Assembly (NCBI GenBank): GCA_951406725.2
Contig: OX597829.1
Span: 34,906,001-34,970,000, forward strand
Reading direction: 5' to 3'
DNA length: 64,000 bases
Source: Octopus vulgaris
Taxonomy: Eukaryota
This document shows, one piece after another, positions 26,767 to 38,603 of this stretch. The notes beneath the pieces were generated by a model. It had not been told where the DNA came from, searched no databases, and was given only the letters and a program-made list of their open reading frames with translations. How positions within the stretch are numbered: position 1 is the first letter of the stretch; each line of letters starts with the position of its first letter. The position numbers and the translations under genes were made by a program.

Positions 26767-26798
<32 letters not shown>

Positions 26799-26844
26799 CA
26801 TATATAGTAACAATTTATATTATTCATTATTATTCATTCAATAA

Positions 26845-27075
26845 GGTGGCGAGCTGGCAGAAATGTTAGCACACCAGGCGAAATGCCTAGCGGTATTTCG
26901 TCTGCCGCGACATTCTGAGTTCAAATTCCGCCGAGGTGGACTTTGCCTTTCATCCTTTCGGGGTTGATTAAATAAGTATCAGTAATGCACTGGGGTCGAT
27001 ATAATCGACTTAATCCGTTTGTCTGTCCTTGTTTGTCCCCTCTATGTTTAGCCCCTTGTGGGTAATAAAGAAACA
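26845..27075 (+). mobile_element. SINE family B
   Basis: GGCGAGCTGGCAGAAATGTTAGC...GAGTTCAAATTCCGCCGAGG...GCCTTTCATCCTTTCGGGG core. Confidence 0.9.
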
Positions 27076-27247
27076 TATATCATTCATTATTCAGTAAGCA
27101 CCTTGCAGTATGCTGTATAAAGCCTGTTCACAGTATTTGGCTACCTGATGTCAACAATAGTATGGAGCAATATGCTACTGGATTTACTTCAGGAATTCCT
27201 TTGTGTCTGTAGAGTTTATATTTAAAAATATGAGACAGGAAATAAAG

Positions 27248-27444
27248 TTCATGAGACTCTTTATTCAAAACTACTGTCATTGATTTGACCCATCATGCAC
27301 CAGTACCTTACAGGGGAGATACTGTTCAAACAATTGTCACGTATCTTAGGTGCATGACAATTGTTTGTACAGTCTCTCACCTGTAAGGTACTGGTGCATG
27401 ATGGGTCAAACCAATGATAGTGGTTCTGAATAAAGTCTCATGAA
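27248..27444. mobile_element. Hairpin (foldback) MITE
   Basis: ~95-bp arms, including TTTGACCCATCATGCACCAGTACCTTACAGG and its exact reverse complement. Confidence 0.8.
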
Positions 27445-27559
27445 TTCCAGCATAGGGCTTAAATACTTATATTGCCCTGTGGGAGAAGCTTTGGCACATT
27501 TTAGGCAAGATTTTCAATTGAAAAATTAGTCAAAAATATGCTACAACCCTCAAAAGTGA

Positions 27560-28250
27560 GGAATTATGGCTAATTTCAACATACCTTGGTCAGAGGGCGG
27601 GCAAAATAAAGGTGCTGTAGGTGCTACCAGAAGTGGACATCTCTTTGCTGGTAGCAGCCATGTTATATGGCATAGAGAACAGAAACAAAATTTTGCAAAT
27701 CCATAAAATGAGAAAAGAGAATTGGTTAGGCACTTGTTTACATGCTGATATGCTACAGACACCTCTAACACAACAACAAAGCTATAAAAACAACAGCATC
27801 AGCAGCAGTAGCAGCAGCAGCAGAACCACCACCAGCACCAGCACCACCACCGGCACCAGCACCAGCACCACCACCACCTGCACCACCACCACCACCACCT
27901 GCACCACCACCACCACCACCACCACCACCACCACCACCAGCATCCGTGCCAAGAGCAGCAGCATCCAAAACAAAACAACAGAGAGAGCATTTGGAAAGAT
28001 CCATTCAACAATATTAACAGCAAACACTGGTACCACATTGGAGAAACAACAATAACAACACCTACACCATTGCAATTGAGAGAAGTCAGTCGACCAGACC
28101 TTCAGCTTAGAAATGTGCAACTGTGCATACATACCTCTCCCTCTGCCTTAAATTTTTCCAACTGTGGAAACTCATCTAGTGAGGAAAACAGTCTCAGAAC
28201 CCCACCAGAATGTATCCTGGTGAAAAGACAAAGAAAAAATTACTAAATGG
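27560..28250 (+). mobile_element. Tx1/L1-like ORF1 remnant with expanded (CAC/CAG)n tract
   Basis: YLGQRAGKIKVL*VLPEVDISLLVAAML parallels PTYLERRTIKVAISMFPLEMDIWWLL in the ORF1 remnant at ~34100. Confidence 0.5.
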
Positions 28251-29094
28251 AAAGATATAGATACATACGACAAGAACTTAATAAAACATACTCAAAAATA
28301 CACAGACATTGCTCTAAATAGATACACTGCATCCTTGCATAACACCCCTATTCAAGTAAGAATTATGAAGACAATGCAACAAACTTATAAACTGAAAGCA
28401 AAATATCCCAAAGAAAATGGAAATTTCCATGGGACCATAACAAAAATTCTGTTGTGTCTGGGGAGAGTCATTTTCTTTTTGTGCCTTATAATATAACACA
28501 CTCACTGGTAAAATTTCCACTTTTTTCTTATTTTTATTTTCCTAAAATTTTTGTTGCATCTTGCAACCTTTTCAATAAGCTATTATATTATAAGGCACAC
28601 AAAGAAAATGACTCTCCCCAGACACAACAGAATATGCTCCAACACATGAACTCATATTAAGAATCTTGCAAACCAAATCCAAAAATGAAACATAACAAAA
28701 ATGTAATTGTATTATGAAATTTTGGAGCCTAATTTTTCTTATGAGCAATGTGATTTTTTTTCTCTCCTATAAAAAGGTTCTGGATTTCAAACAAAAAGCA
28801 TACTTAATCTTCTCTTCCTTATTTATAGAAAAAGTAAGGTAAGAATATCGTAAAGATTTATTAATCATATTACATATTCTGAATCCTGGAAATATGCCAT
28901 TTTCATGCTTCACTAGGCTTTCAATGAGGTATGACATGAACATGCTTATTAGTTTATATCTGAAGTGTAGGTTAGGACTCCTTGTTAATTTCAACATTTT
29001 AAAACTTTTCTTAGAACTTATATACATACAAGCACACACACACACATGCACATGTACACATACACAAATGCATTGCCATACACACACACACACA

Positions 29095-30496
29095 CAAACC
29101 AAAGTCCTAATAAGTAGGAAGGCAGACAAATCACAAATCCCTTTAGGTAGATGGCCTTGCTCAATCTGTAGAAAAGGTGTAGGTAGAAACTCCATAAGAT
29201 GCACCCAATGTAAGCTTTGGTCACATAAAAGGTGCAGCAACATCAAAGGAAGTTTAACAGGGAAACTGACTTTTGTATGTGGAAAGTGCGCAGGTACAAT
29301 AAATGCTGAAAATGTGTAGAAAATAGACTCATTTAACTTCCTCCCGGTGTGGGGGCAAGCTAGATGTAGTAGATAACTTCCATTATCTAGGTGATCAAGT
29401 TAGTAGTAGAGGTGGATACTCCAAGAGCGTAGCTCTGAAAATGAGATTAGGCTGTATAATGTTCAGAGAGCTCCTACCCCTGCTGGCAACAAAAGGCCCC
29501 TCTCTCAGAGTGAAAGGCAGATTGTTTGATGCCTGTGTGCAAAAAGCCATGCAGCATGGCAGTGAAACATGGGCTATGACAGCTGAGGACTTGAAAGAAA
29601 TGAAGCCAGTATTCTTTGCTGGATGTACAATGTCAGTGTGCATGTTTGACAGAGTGTAAGCATCTTGAGAGAAAAGTTAGGCAAAAGAGGAATCAGATGT
29701 GGTGTGCAAAAGAAATGACTGCCAGTATGGTCATTTGATGTGTATGAATGTGGACAGCTTTTTAAAGAAGTGTCGATATCTAACTGTGGAGGGAACCTGA
29801 CATTGGACGAGGTAGTGAAGCATGATCTTTGAACTTTGAGCCTCACAGAGGCAATGACTGGTGACCAAGACCTTTGGTGATGTGCTCTGCTTGAGAGGGC
29901 CCATCAAGCCAAGTGCACCTGTACTGGTGGCATGTAAAGAAAATCTTTTGAACGTTGGGCATCACGGAGGCAAAGTGACTGATTTCCTTTTGAACGTTGG
30001 GCCTGATGGAGGCAAAGTGGATGAGTTCCTTTTGAGTGTTGGACCTCAGCAAGATGACGGAGTTCCTTTTGAGCATTGAACCTCACGGAGGAAAAGTGGC
30101 CGAATCCCTTTCAAGTGTTGGGCCTCACAGAGGCAATGACCAAGATCTTTTACATTATGGTCATGCTTGAGAAGAAGATCCATCAAGCCAAAGAAAATCA
30201 CAGTCGTGGCAGATACCATTGTCACACAAATTGGCACCTGTACAGGTAGCACATAAATGCACCCTGGTGTCATGCAAATGGTACCAATGCCAATGGCACG
30301 TAAAAGCACCCATTACACTCACAGAGTGGTTGGCATTAGGAAGGGCTTCCAGCCATATGCTAAGTCAGACTGGAGTCTGGCGCAGCCTTCCAGCGTGCCA
30401 ACCCAATCAAACCGTCCAACTCACGCCAGTATGGACAACGGATGTTAAATGATGATGATGATGATGATTATGATGATGATGATGATGATGATGATG
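29095..30496 (+). mobile_element. 5'-truncated RTE LINE with intact PHD-finger segment
   Basis: TKVLISRK...WPCSICRKGVGRNSIRCTQCKLWSHKRC...FVCGKC, VVDNFHYLG, FRELLPLL, HGSETW. ~46-bp tandem repeats at 29940-30140. (GAT)n tail. Confidence 0.9.
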
Positions 30497-31104
30497 ACAT
30501 CTGTATATATCATTTAAGATCTACTAAGAATGTCTTGCTTTGAAGGCACTTGGTTAGACAGGGTTTTACAATGTGTCTTGTGTCTCCAAGCAGTCTTTAA
30601 GCTCTGAGCACATGGTTTGTTCTATCTGAAATCAGGATGCTGGTACATAGGAAACTACAAGGAAAAAACAAAATTAGAAGGTCGATGCAAAAAGTGGAAT
30701 GAGATGACAAAGGGTGTATAAAAATGGAAAGAAAATTAGAGTTATGCACCCTCGTCCATAAATGTCATAATTAAACTAGTTTTAGAATAATTGAGCAGCA
30801 GTTCAATCTGGAGAGGGTGGTGTCCTCCACCAAATTTCTTGTGTCGAATTGGAGGACAGCAACCTTCTCTGTTGATGAAAAATACAGAGAAAGGGAAGGG
30901 ACATAAAGGAATGAACCAGGGATTGGAGAGGGTGGGTAAGTGAGAGACTTTATATGGAGAATGAGAGATAGAGGTGGAAGGGAAGGGATTTAACTGGGGC
31001 ATATTATGTGCAGGTAGGTAGATACATGAGGGAGAATGGAAGTGGGGTGGGGGTGGGGGAATATTAGTGGTGAGCATGTGCGCCATCAGCTGTAGGTTTA
31101 CTTT

Positions 31105-31465
31105 GCTGGGCAGGTCTTCTCAAGTACAGCATATTGCCAGTTGTCTCAGTTGTTTGACATCTTTGTGAGATTCAACCTCAGGAGACCATTTCTCTCTCAT
31201 AATATTTACACGTTGTTGTACTTGCACACCAACATTGCACTTCGTGTAGAGCATGTTGGCTTCATTTTTTTTTCAAACCTTCTCATGTTCTCTGCAGTCA
31301 CAGCCCATGTTTCACTGTCATGTAACATAGCAGTCCATACACAGACATCATGTGGTCTACCTTTCACACAGAGGAAGAGACCGTTTTTGACCAACAAAGA
31401 TAATAGCACTTTGAACTTTGTCCATCTGGTTCTTATTCTAGTGACTATACTTTCAAAGGAACTGC
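31105..31465 (-). mobile_element. Older RTE LINE fragment
   Basis: ORF 31206-31409 VKGRPHDVCVWTAMLHDSETWAVTAENMRRFE. Confidence 0.8.
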
Positions 31466-31484
31466 TTAAATATATATATAATCA

Positions 31485-33100
31485 TCGTCATCTTTTAACG
31501 TCTGTTTTCCATGCTGGCATGGGTTGGACGGTTTGACTGCGGACTGGCAAGCTAGGAGGCCTCACCAGACTCCAATCTGATCTGGCAATGTTTCTACTGC
31601 TGGATGCCCTTCCTAATGCCAACCACTCCGAGAGTGTAGTGGGTGCTTTTCACGTGCCACCGGCATTGAGCCAATCAGGCAGCACTGGCATAGCCACATT
31701 CAAATGGTACATTTTTATGTGCTACCAGCACAGGATCCAGTTGGGGGGGTGGTGGCATTGACCACGTTTGGATGGTGCTTTTTATGCATTGGCAGCGACC
31801 CACATGTGAATGATGCTTATTGCATGCCACCAGCACAAGAGCCAGTCAGGCAACACTGGCATTAGCCACAACTACAATTTCTATTTGATTGTGATTTGAT
31901 TTTTGATTTTAATTTTGAATTTTGTTGACTCAAAAGGTCTCTTCAAGCATGGCATGTTGCCTGATGATTCAAAGGTACTCTTTAAATGGGCTGGTTATGC
32001 AACACTGGTATAGACTATGGCTGTGATCTCACATTACTTGCCGGGTCTTCTCAATCACAGCATATCTCCAGAGGTCTTGGTCTTTTATCATTGCTTCTGT
32101 GAGGCCCAACGTTTGAAGATCATACTTCACCACCTCATCCCATGTCTTCCTGGGTCTCCATCTTCCATGCGTTCCTTCCAATGTTAGGGAGTGACACTTC
32201 TTCACAAAGCTCTCCTCATCCATACACAGCACATGACCATACCAACACAGTTGTCTCTGTTGCACACCACATCTGATGCTTCTTATGTTCAACATTTCTC
32301 TCAAGGGGCTTACACTCTGTCGTGTGTGCACACTGACATTACACAGTGTGTGCACTGACATTACTAGCTTCATTTCTTTCAAGCCTACGCATGTCTTCAG
32401 CAGTCACGACTCATGTTTCACTGCCATGTAGCATGGCTGTTCGCACACATGCATCATACAATCTACCTTTCACGCTAAGTGAGAAGCCATTTGTCACCAG
32501 TAGAGGTAGGAGCTTTCTGAACTTTGCCCTGGCTATTTTTATTTTCATGGCAACTCTCTCCGAGCATCCACCTCTACTACAGACTTGGTCCACTAGGTAG
32601 CAGAAGTTATCAACTACTTCTAGTTTCTTCCCCTGGCATGTGATGGAATCTATTTTCTGAACATCTGCAGTGTTTATTGCCCCTGTGCATCTGCTGTACA
32701 CAAAAAATATCATCTCGGTTAACCTTCCTTTGATGTTGCTGCACCTCTTATGTATCCATAGCTTACACTGTGTACATCTTAAGGAGTTTCTACCTACACC
32801 TTTCATACAGATCGAGCAGGACCATCTACCTGAAGGGGTGTGTGATGTGTTCGCCTTCCTACTTACTAGGACTTTAATTTTTGCAACCTTGACTCTAAGG
32901 CCCTTCGATTCCGAACTTTGCTTCCACTGAAATTTCTTCTCTAGTTCTGATAGTGATTCTGCTATGAGTGCAAATCAGCATAGAGGAGCTCCTGGGGCAA
33001 CCTGTCTTGAATTCCTCTGTTATTGCCTGGAGAACTATGATGAATAAGAGGGGGCTGAGGGCTGTTCCTTGATGGACCCCTACCCCTACCTGTATCTCCA
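31485..33100 (-). mobile_element. RTE LINE, longest copy (RT core to 3' tail), frameshifted
   Basis: VGVHQGTALSPLLFIIVL, ELLYAD, PHD segment, EVVDNFCYL, MLHGSET, LCWYGHV, RPRKTW, 3'UTR repeats. Confidence 0.92.
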
Positions 33101-33728
33101 AACATATTTAACAACTTGTTTCTGATTATTGTACAAGATAGTGATGTTAAATTTGAGAACAGGAGAATACTGCAGAACATCATCCAGAATATTTCCAGTC
33201 TGTTTATAGAAAAACTCAGAAATTTTATCATTATGCCTTCCAAATTTATGTGTTAAGGAATAATAGTGATCAAAATAATGTCATAGATTTTCTATGTTGT
33301 ATAAAAAGTTATTGAATGGTTAAAAAGGTATGGAATCATTCATATAATGAGTAAAAAAAAAAAAAGGTTTTCTTCTAGGTTCAGATAGGGGTCACATTCT
33401 TCTTCAGATTATTTCTCACTATTGAACACATGATATTATAAAATATGAAGATGAAAATCACAAACATATTAATAAAAATTGCAGGGTAATATCAACTGAA
33501 CTTTGTAGCATATGGCATTTATTTACACAGGATACTCTGAGCTACACTGCTGAACCTGTTTGGTCTAGTATGACTCAAAAAGAAATATACCAACTTTTTG
33601 CTAGTTTGATCATTTTCCTGTTTTCTGAAACTACAAATAATAGCAATGATAGCAGCAGAGGCAGCTGCAGAAGTGATGGTAGTATCAGTGGGGATAGCAA
33701 CAAGAGTGAAAGGAACATTAATAACTGC

Positions 33729-33759
<31 letters not shown>

Positions 33760-33849
33760 ATAGTTGCAATGAAAACAAAAACTTGGGCTGAACACAAATC
33801 AATAACACCACCAACATCAACAATAACAACAATAATAACAGGGCTTACA

Positions 33850-35880
33850 TCACGAAGTAAACCCCTGCAAAACTTGTGCCCCATCCTTGATATTCCAGCT
33901 GCAACAACCGGAAAGATTATTCTATATCATGCAAAAACAACCTGTCTGCTAGAAAACGGCCATGAACTCACATGTAGAAAGTCCCATCCTTTATTCAACA
34001 TTTATCTAGAGCAAGGTGGGCTCAAAGGTTTTATTTAAGATTGAGACCCTCGCAGAATAACATTCAACATTAATCGCTGCAGAGAGAGGGCTTCACATTT
34101 TCCCCAACTTATTTGGAAAGAAGAACAATAAAAGTAGCAATATCAATGTTCCCACTAGAGATGGATATCTGGTGGTTATTGGTATGCATATTGTTGGATA
34201 GAAGCGAAACACTACTGGATGTGAAGAAAACGAAACTGGTTGTAAGGTCAGAGGTGGAAAGTCTCCCTAGAACAACTTGAGGGCAAACGACTGAGATGCT
34301 ACATCCGTGGAATAACTAACCATCTCAAAACTTTCTGCTCACACAATCAAAGCTGGAAAAGAAAAAGGGCGGGCTCCACTGTTGTGGATACCACCACCAC
34401 CACCACCTTAACAAGTACACCATCGCTACCATCACCTTAACAGCAACAAAAAGAAAACACAAACATGGCAACAGATGCACAAGGAAAAGAAAACCCAGCA
34501 AATATACAAACCCAACAACCAGAACAAAATCAACACTAGCTAAATTCATGACTCTACCTGCAACAACAGCAGATTGCATCCACATCCAACTTTGTGCTAA
34601 AGAGGAGACACAGAAACAGAGAGGTGACTTAGAATAAAAGCACAATGAAAGCCCTGAATATCCTGAACTTGGCAAGTCAATCAATAGATAAATATAGGGA
34701 AATGAGAGTGGGGATCCTGGCTTCATGGCATCGTATAGGTTACATTAAGATTTTCCCTAGGAACCTCTTACTGAGAAGGGATTTTGATACACCTGATTTG
34801 CCTGCAGGAAAACCATTTTCTTCCTCCTTTCTTTCTTGTTAACATGGTAGCTTTAAGAGTGGGTTGCATAAATGCACATGGCCTGGAGTCACCTGCAAGC
34901 AGGGGCACCTGCTCAATGACTTCTAGTCACTAGCTATGGATGCAATAGCCATCAGTGAGACCAGGATTTCCAATGCACATGCTATGGCACCCATCTTTGA
35001 TGACTTTGAGATTTGTGAATCTCTGAGCCAACCTTGAATTGGAGGTGGACTGGAAATGTTGTTTTGGAAAGGCCTGAGTCTTGAGATACAAGTGATCATC
35101 TTGGGCTAGGATGATAAGTTGGTAGCCCCGAATATGAATAGTAGCTGTCTATGCCTCAACAGAGATAGGACGACAATATTTCGTAAGGCACCTGTAGATT
35201 TTCAGGGATATGTCCCACTCTCTAGAGTTAGTGGGTAATTGGAATGCCATCTTGAATATGTCTGGATTGTGTAGGACTATTTGATTGGAATATGTCTGGA
35301 TTGTGTAGGACTTGCTCAAGTGTTTCCAACTGTCTGGCAGGTACCAACTGGATTTCCCAATATCCAACTCTTTCCAAAACAACACTATCTTTCAGGATCC
35401 CGGAGGTAAGTTGGTGGTGTAAGTAAGTTGGTGTCAGCAAAGGCCATGTCTTCAGACTGGTGCTGTCTATGCCCTGACAGGGGCCAAGGGCAAAGATGGC
35501 TACCAGTCTGAAGATATAACTTTCACTGTCTAGTGGTCATTGTAGGAATGTCCAGCTCTTTATTACTTAGTGCATGATTGGAATGGTATCTTAGATTTGT
35601 GTTTGAACTGTGTGGGGCTAGCCAATAGGAGTAGGGATGCAAAAGCCTCCCAAACAAGCCCAGATATTTCCCACTGCCTGACAGGTGCCAACTGGATTCC
35701 CTGAGTGTGCCAATGAGGACATGGACAAACTGCAGCAAATTATCTAGACCATATTTAGATGGAGTTTTCTGCAGGTCAGGGATAGCTTAGCATAGCTTAG
35801 CATAAGTGGTTGGTACAAAGATCACAAATTTGGGATCTGTACGGTTGACCTAGATAGACTTCATAGGCAATAGGCAGAGA
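33850..35880 (+). mobile_element. Decayed Tx1/L1-clade LINE 5' half (ORF1 zinc knuckle plus APE)
   Basis: CYIRGITNHLKTFC (CX2CX4HX4C with one C>R) at 34297-34338. ORF2 start MVALRVGCINAHGL...AISETR at 34844, GNWNAIL, TWTN, YLD, TDHK. The APE segment appears internally duplicated. Confidence 0.75.
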
Positions 35881-35887
35881 CCCAGGA

Positions 35888-36580
35888 ATGGAAGCTGAAC
35901 ACATTGTAATAGGGACTATTGAAGAGATAGCCATAAAGATACCAAAAGCTCAGGGAGATGAACTAAGGTGGAAAGTGAGACAGGTACTAGAAAAAGCAAA
36001 ATTTCCCAAAACAAACATCACTAAGGAAGAAAAGTTCTCTATCCAAAGACTACAGAATGATAATTCCATCAAAATACTTCCAGTGGACAAGGGAAATGCT
36101 ACATTGGTGATAAACAAGTCTGACTACTCTGAAAAATTGGCAAGTCTTATAAGTGATGGTAGCTACAGCAAAGAAAAGAAAGACCCCTACTTTGAAAACA
36201 GAGAGGAAGTTGTCACAGATCTTGATCAAGAACAAGGATCACTTTACACCAACGAAGTACAGATAACTGACTCAACACTACAGTAAACCACCACACATGT
36301 ACGGTATCCCTAATATTCACAAGGATGGTGTTCCATTAAGACCTATAGTGAGCTGTAGAGGTTCTGCATGTCATCCACTGAGCCACTTCCTTGTGGATAT
36401 AATCAGTCCATTAGCAGGAAAGTCATCATACATGAAGTATTCCACTCACTTCACAGAATTGATCAAAGATAACCCCATTGAATCCAACCAGATGGTGGGT
36501 GTAGATGTGATAAGTCTGTTCACCAAAGTCCCAACTGGTGAAGCACTATCGGTGATTCAAGAAAAACTAGTGACAGATCT
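35888..36580 (+). mobile_element. Penelope/Poseidon-type RT N-terminal fragment
   Basis: NITKEE...ILPVDKGNATLV...DY, MYGIPNIHKDGVPLRPIVS, DVISLFTKVP. Confidence 0.9.
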
Positions 36581-36817
36581 TTCTCTGTTTAGTGTTTGTG
36601 GTGAAAGAAATTGGTGGATCTGTCTGACAGGTTTGAAGATAGGCACTTTCCTATCGGGCCAAGCTCTAGTCAGTTCTTTTCAATATCATATAAAGAAGAA
36701 AGTGAGGAGAGGGAGAGGGTGGGGAGGGAGCAATCTCAATTTCTCCAACAAATCTCTCAAACCTGGTTGTTAATGCTACCAATTCCCCAACAACTAACGG
36801 GGTGACAGTTAAGTTCT

Positions 36818-37033
36818 TCATTGCCCACATTTAGTTTCATCTTTTAGTACTTTGTGGTTCTCAATCTTTTGTATATATCTTGAGGTCATCCATATAAAGT
36901 AGGTGATTATTCTGATCTGGGTTTTGGTAAACTCATAGGTAGGCCTGGATTTTCTCAATATGCTTGTCAGAGGGATTAGCACAATGACAAAGGGTAATGG
37001 AAAGAGTGAGTCTCCTTGGAAAATGCCCCACAC
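36818..37033 (-). mobile_element. Dong/R4-clade RT fragment
   Basis: GIFQGDSLFPLPFVIVLIPLTSIL, followed by frameshifted HLLYMDDLKIY. Confidence 0.8.
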
Positions 37034-37129
37034 ATATTCATGTTTCCTAGCATGTTGTCTGTTCTATTTCCCACATTCTCATTGCTTTCTCCAAAAAGTT
37101 GTTTATCTTCTCATGGACTCTGTTATTAT

Positions 37130-37280
37130 GTGAGTGAGAGCTGCGCATGCTGTCAAAGTGACATTGGGGTACAAATATATGAAGCCCAGTATACCCATCA
37201 TGACTACCCATCTAATAAGGGTGTACCAGGCACATGCAATACCACCATACGTACACAGTGTGGTGATCTCATATCAAGGA
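37130..37280 (-). mobile_element. Fragment of the non-coding retroposon seen at 57885 and 61960
   Basis: GAAGCCCAGTATACCCATCATGACTACCC...GATCTCATATCAAG is shared with those copies. Confidence 0.75.
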
Positions 37281-37519
37281 GAATGCTGATTGGAAGACTA
37301 CAGATCCAGGCCTTCACTGGAACAGTAAAAATCTATAAAACTTTCCAGAAGTTTATCATCTAAGTATATTTGCACACTGTCTAGGCATAAAAAAAAACCA
37401 AACAGATCTAACACACACTGACTCCAGATATTGCGCATATATACACATGCATGCAAAAATATCCTGTTGATATTGTTGAAATTCCAATGGGGCCTTGGAT
37501 CTAGTCTAGAAACCAGCTC

Positions 37520-37554
37520 CCCCCCTCTTTCTTTCTTTCTTTCTCTCTCTCCCC

Positions 37555-37635
<81 letters not shown>

Positions 37636-37895
37636 CTCTCTCTCTCTCCCTCTTTCTTTCTCTCTCCCTCATTCTTTCTTTCTTTCTTTCTCTCTCTCTC
37701 TCTCTTTCTTTCTTTCTATCTCTCTCTCTCTCTTTCTTTCTTTCTATCTCTCTCTCTCCCTCTTTCTTTCTTTCTTTCTCTCTCTCCCTCTTTCTTTCTC
37801 TCTCTCTCTCTCCCTCTTTCTTTCTCTCTCTCTCTTTCTTTTTCTCTCTCTCTCTCTTTCTTTCTTTCTTTCGTTCTCTCTCTCTCTCGCTCTCT
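37520..37895. repeat. Polypyrimidine (CT/CTTT)n microsatellite
   Basis: Seen directly. Confidence 0.95.
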
Positions 37896-38603
37896 ATTGG
37901 CAAGAAATCTGGAAATATAACTGAATAATGGTATACAGACAGACAGACAAACAGACAGGCAGGCAGGTGAGCATAAGACTAGTTCTCAGACAGACACAGA
38001 GCAGGCCTTGAAGAACGAGAGAATGTCATCGATGAAGTCACTAATAGCAACTAATGGTCACTGACAGAGAAAGTTAACAACCAAATGATTGTTCAATCAA
38101 CACATAAAACAAACAATTGAATAGTTAGTTGGTAAAAAAAAAATAAAGAGGAGCTTGTGAGATTGGTTTGGGCAAAAAAAGACGAAGAACTGATAAGATG
38201 GGCGAGGTGATAAGATGCTTCACTAAAGATGCCATAAGCCCCGGCCAGCTTTGAAGGGCAGAAGCAATTATAAAAAGCACCTGCAAAGACAAAAAGAGGA
38301 GACAATTCACGAGTGGGCCATCAGTTCAAATCTGTCAGCGAGTGAGTTTATGTCCATCAGTCGGCTGATCTTTTCTGGATGCGCTCTCGGATGTCTATGG
38401 ATGCAGCTGCAGTAGCAGCAATAATCCAAGATATGAGAGCAATTCTCTGTTGTGCATTTGTATAGTATCAATATTATTGAACGATCTATATTTTCTGCTT
38501 GCTCTGAAGAGAATTGTCATTTACTGGGATTAGATCCCTATCAAAGATATGGTATAATGCTTTTCAGCTGTTAATTTGTGTGTTCCACCACTATGTCCTT
38601 GCA

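Noticed and set aside
29940-30140. Regularly spaced repeats resembling a CRISPR array
   Set aside because: Whole units are homologous with no unique spacers, they derive from RTE sequence, the context is eukaryotic and there are no cas genes.
33519-33830. Ala/Thr/Ser/Asn-rich ORFs as a host exon
   Set aside because: Low-complexity trinucleotide sequence leading into a Tx1-like ORF1 remnant, with no convincing splice sites.
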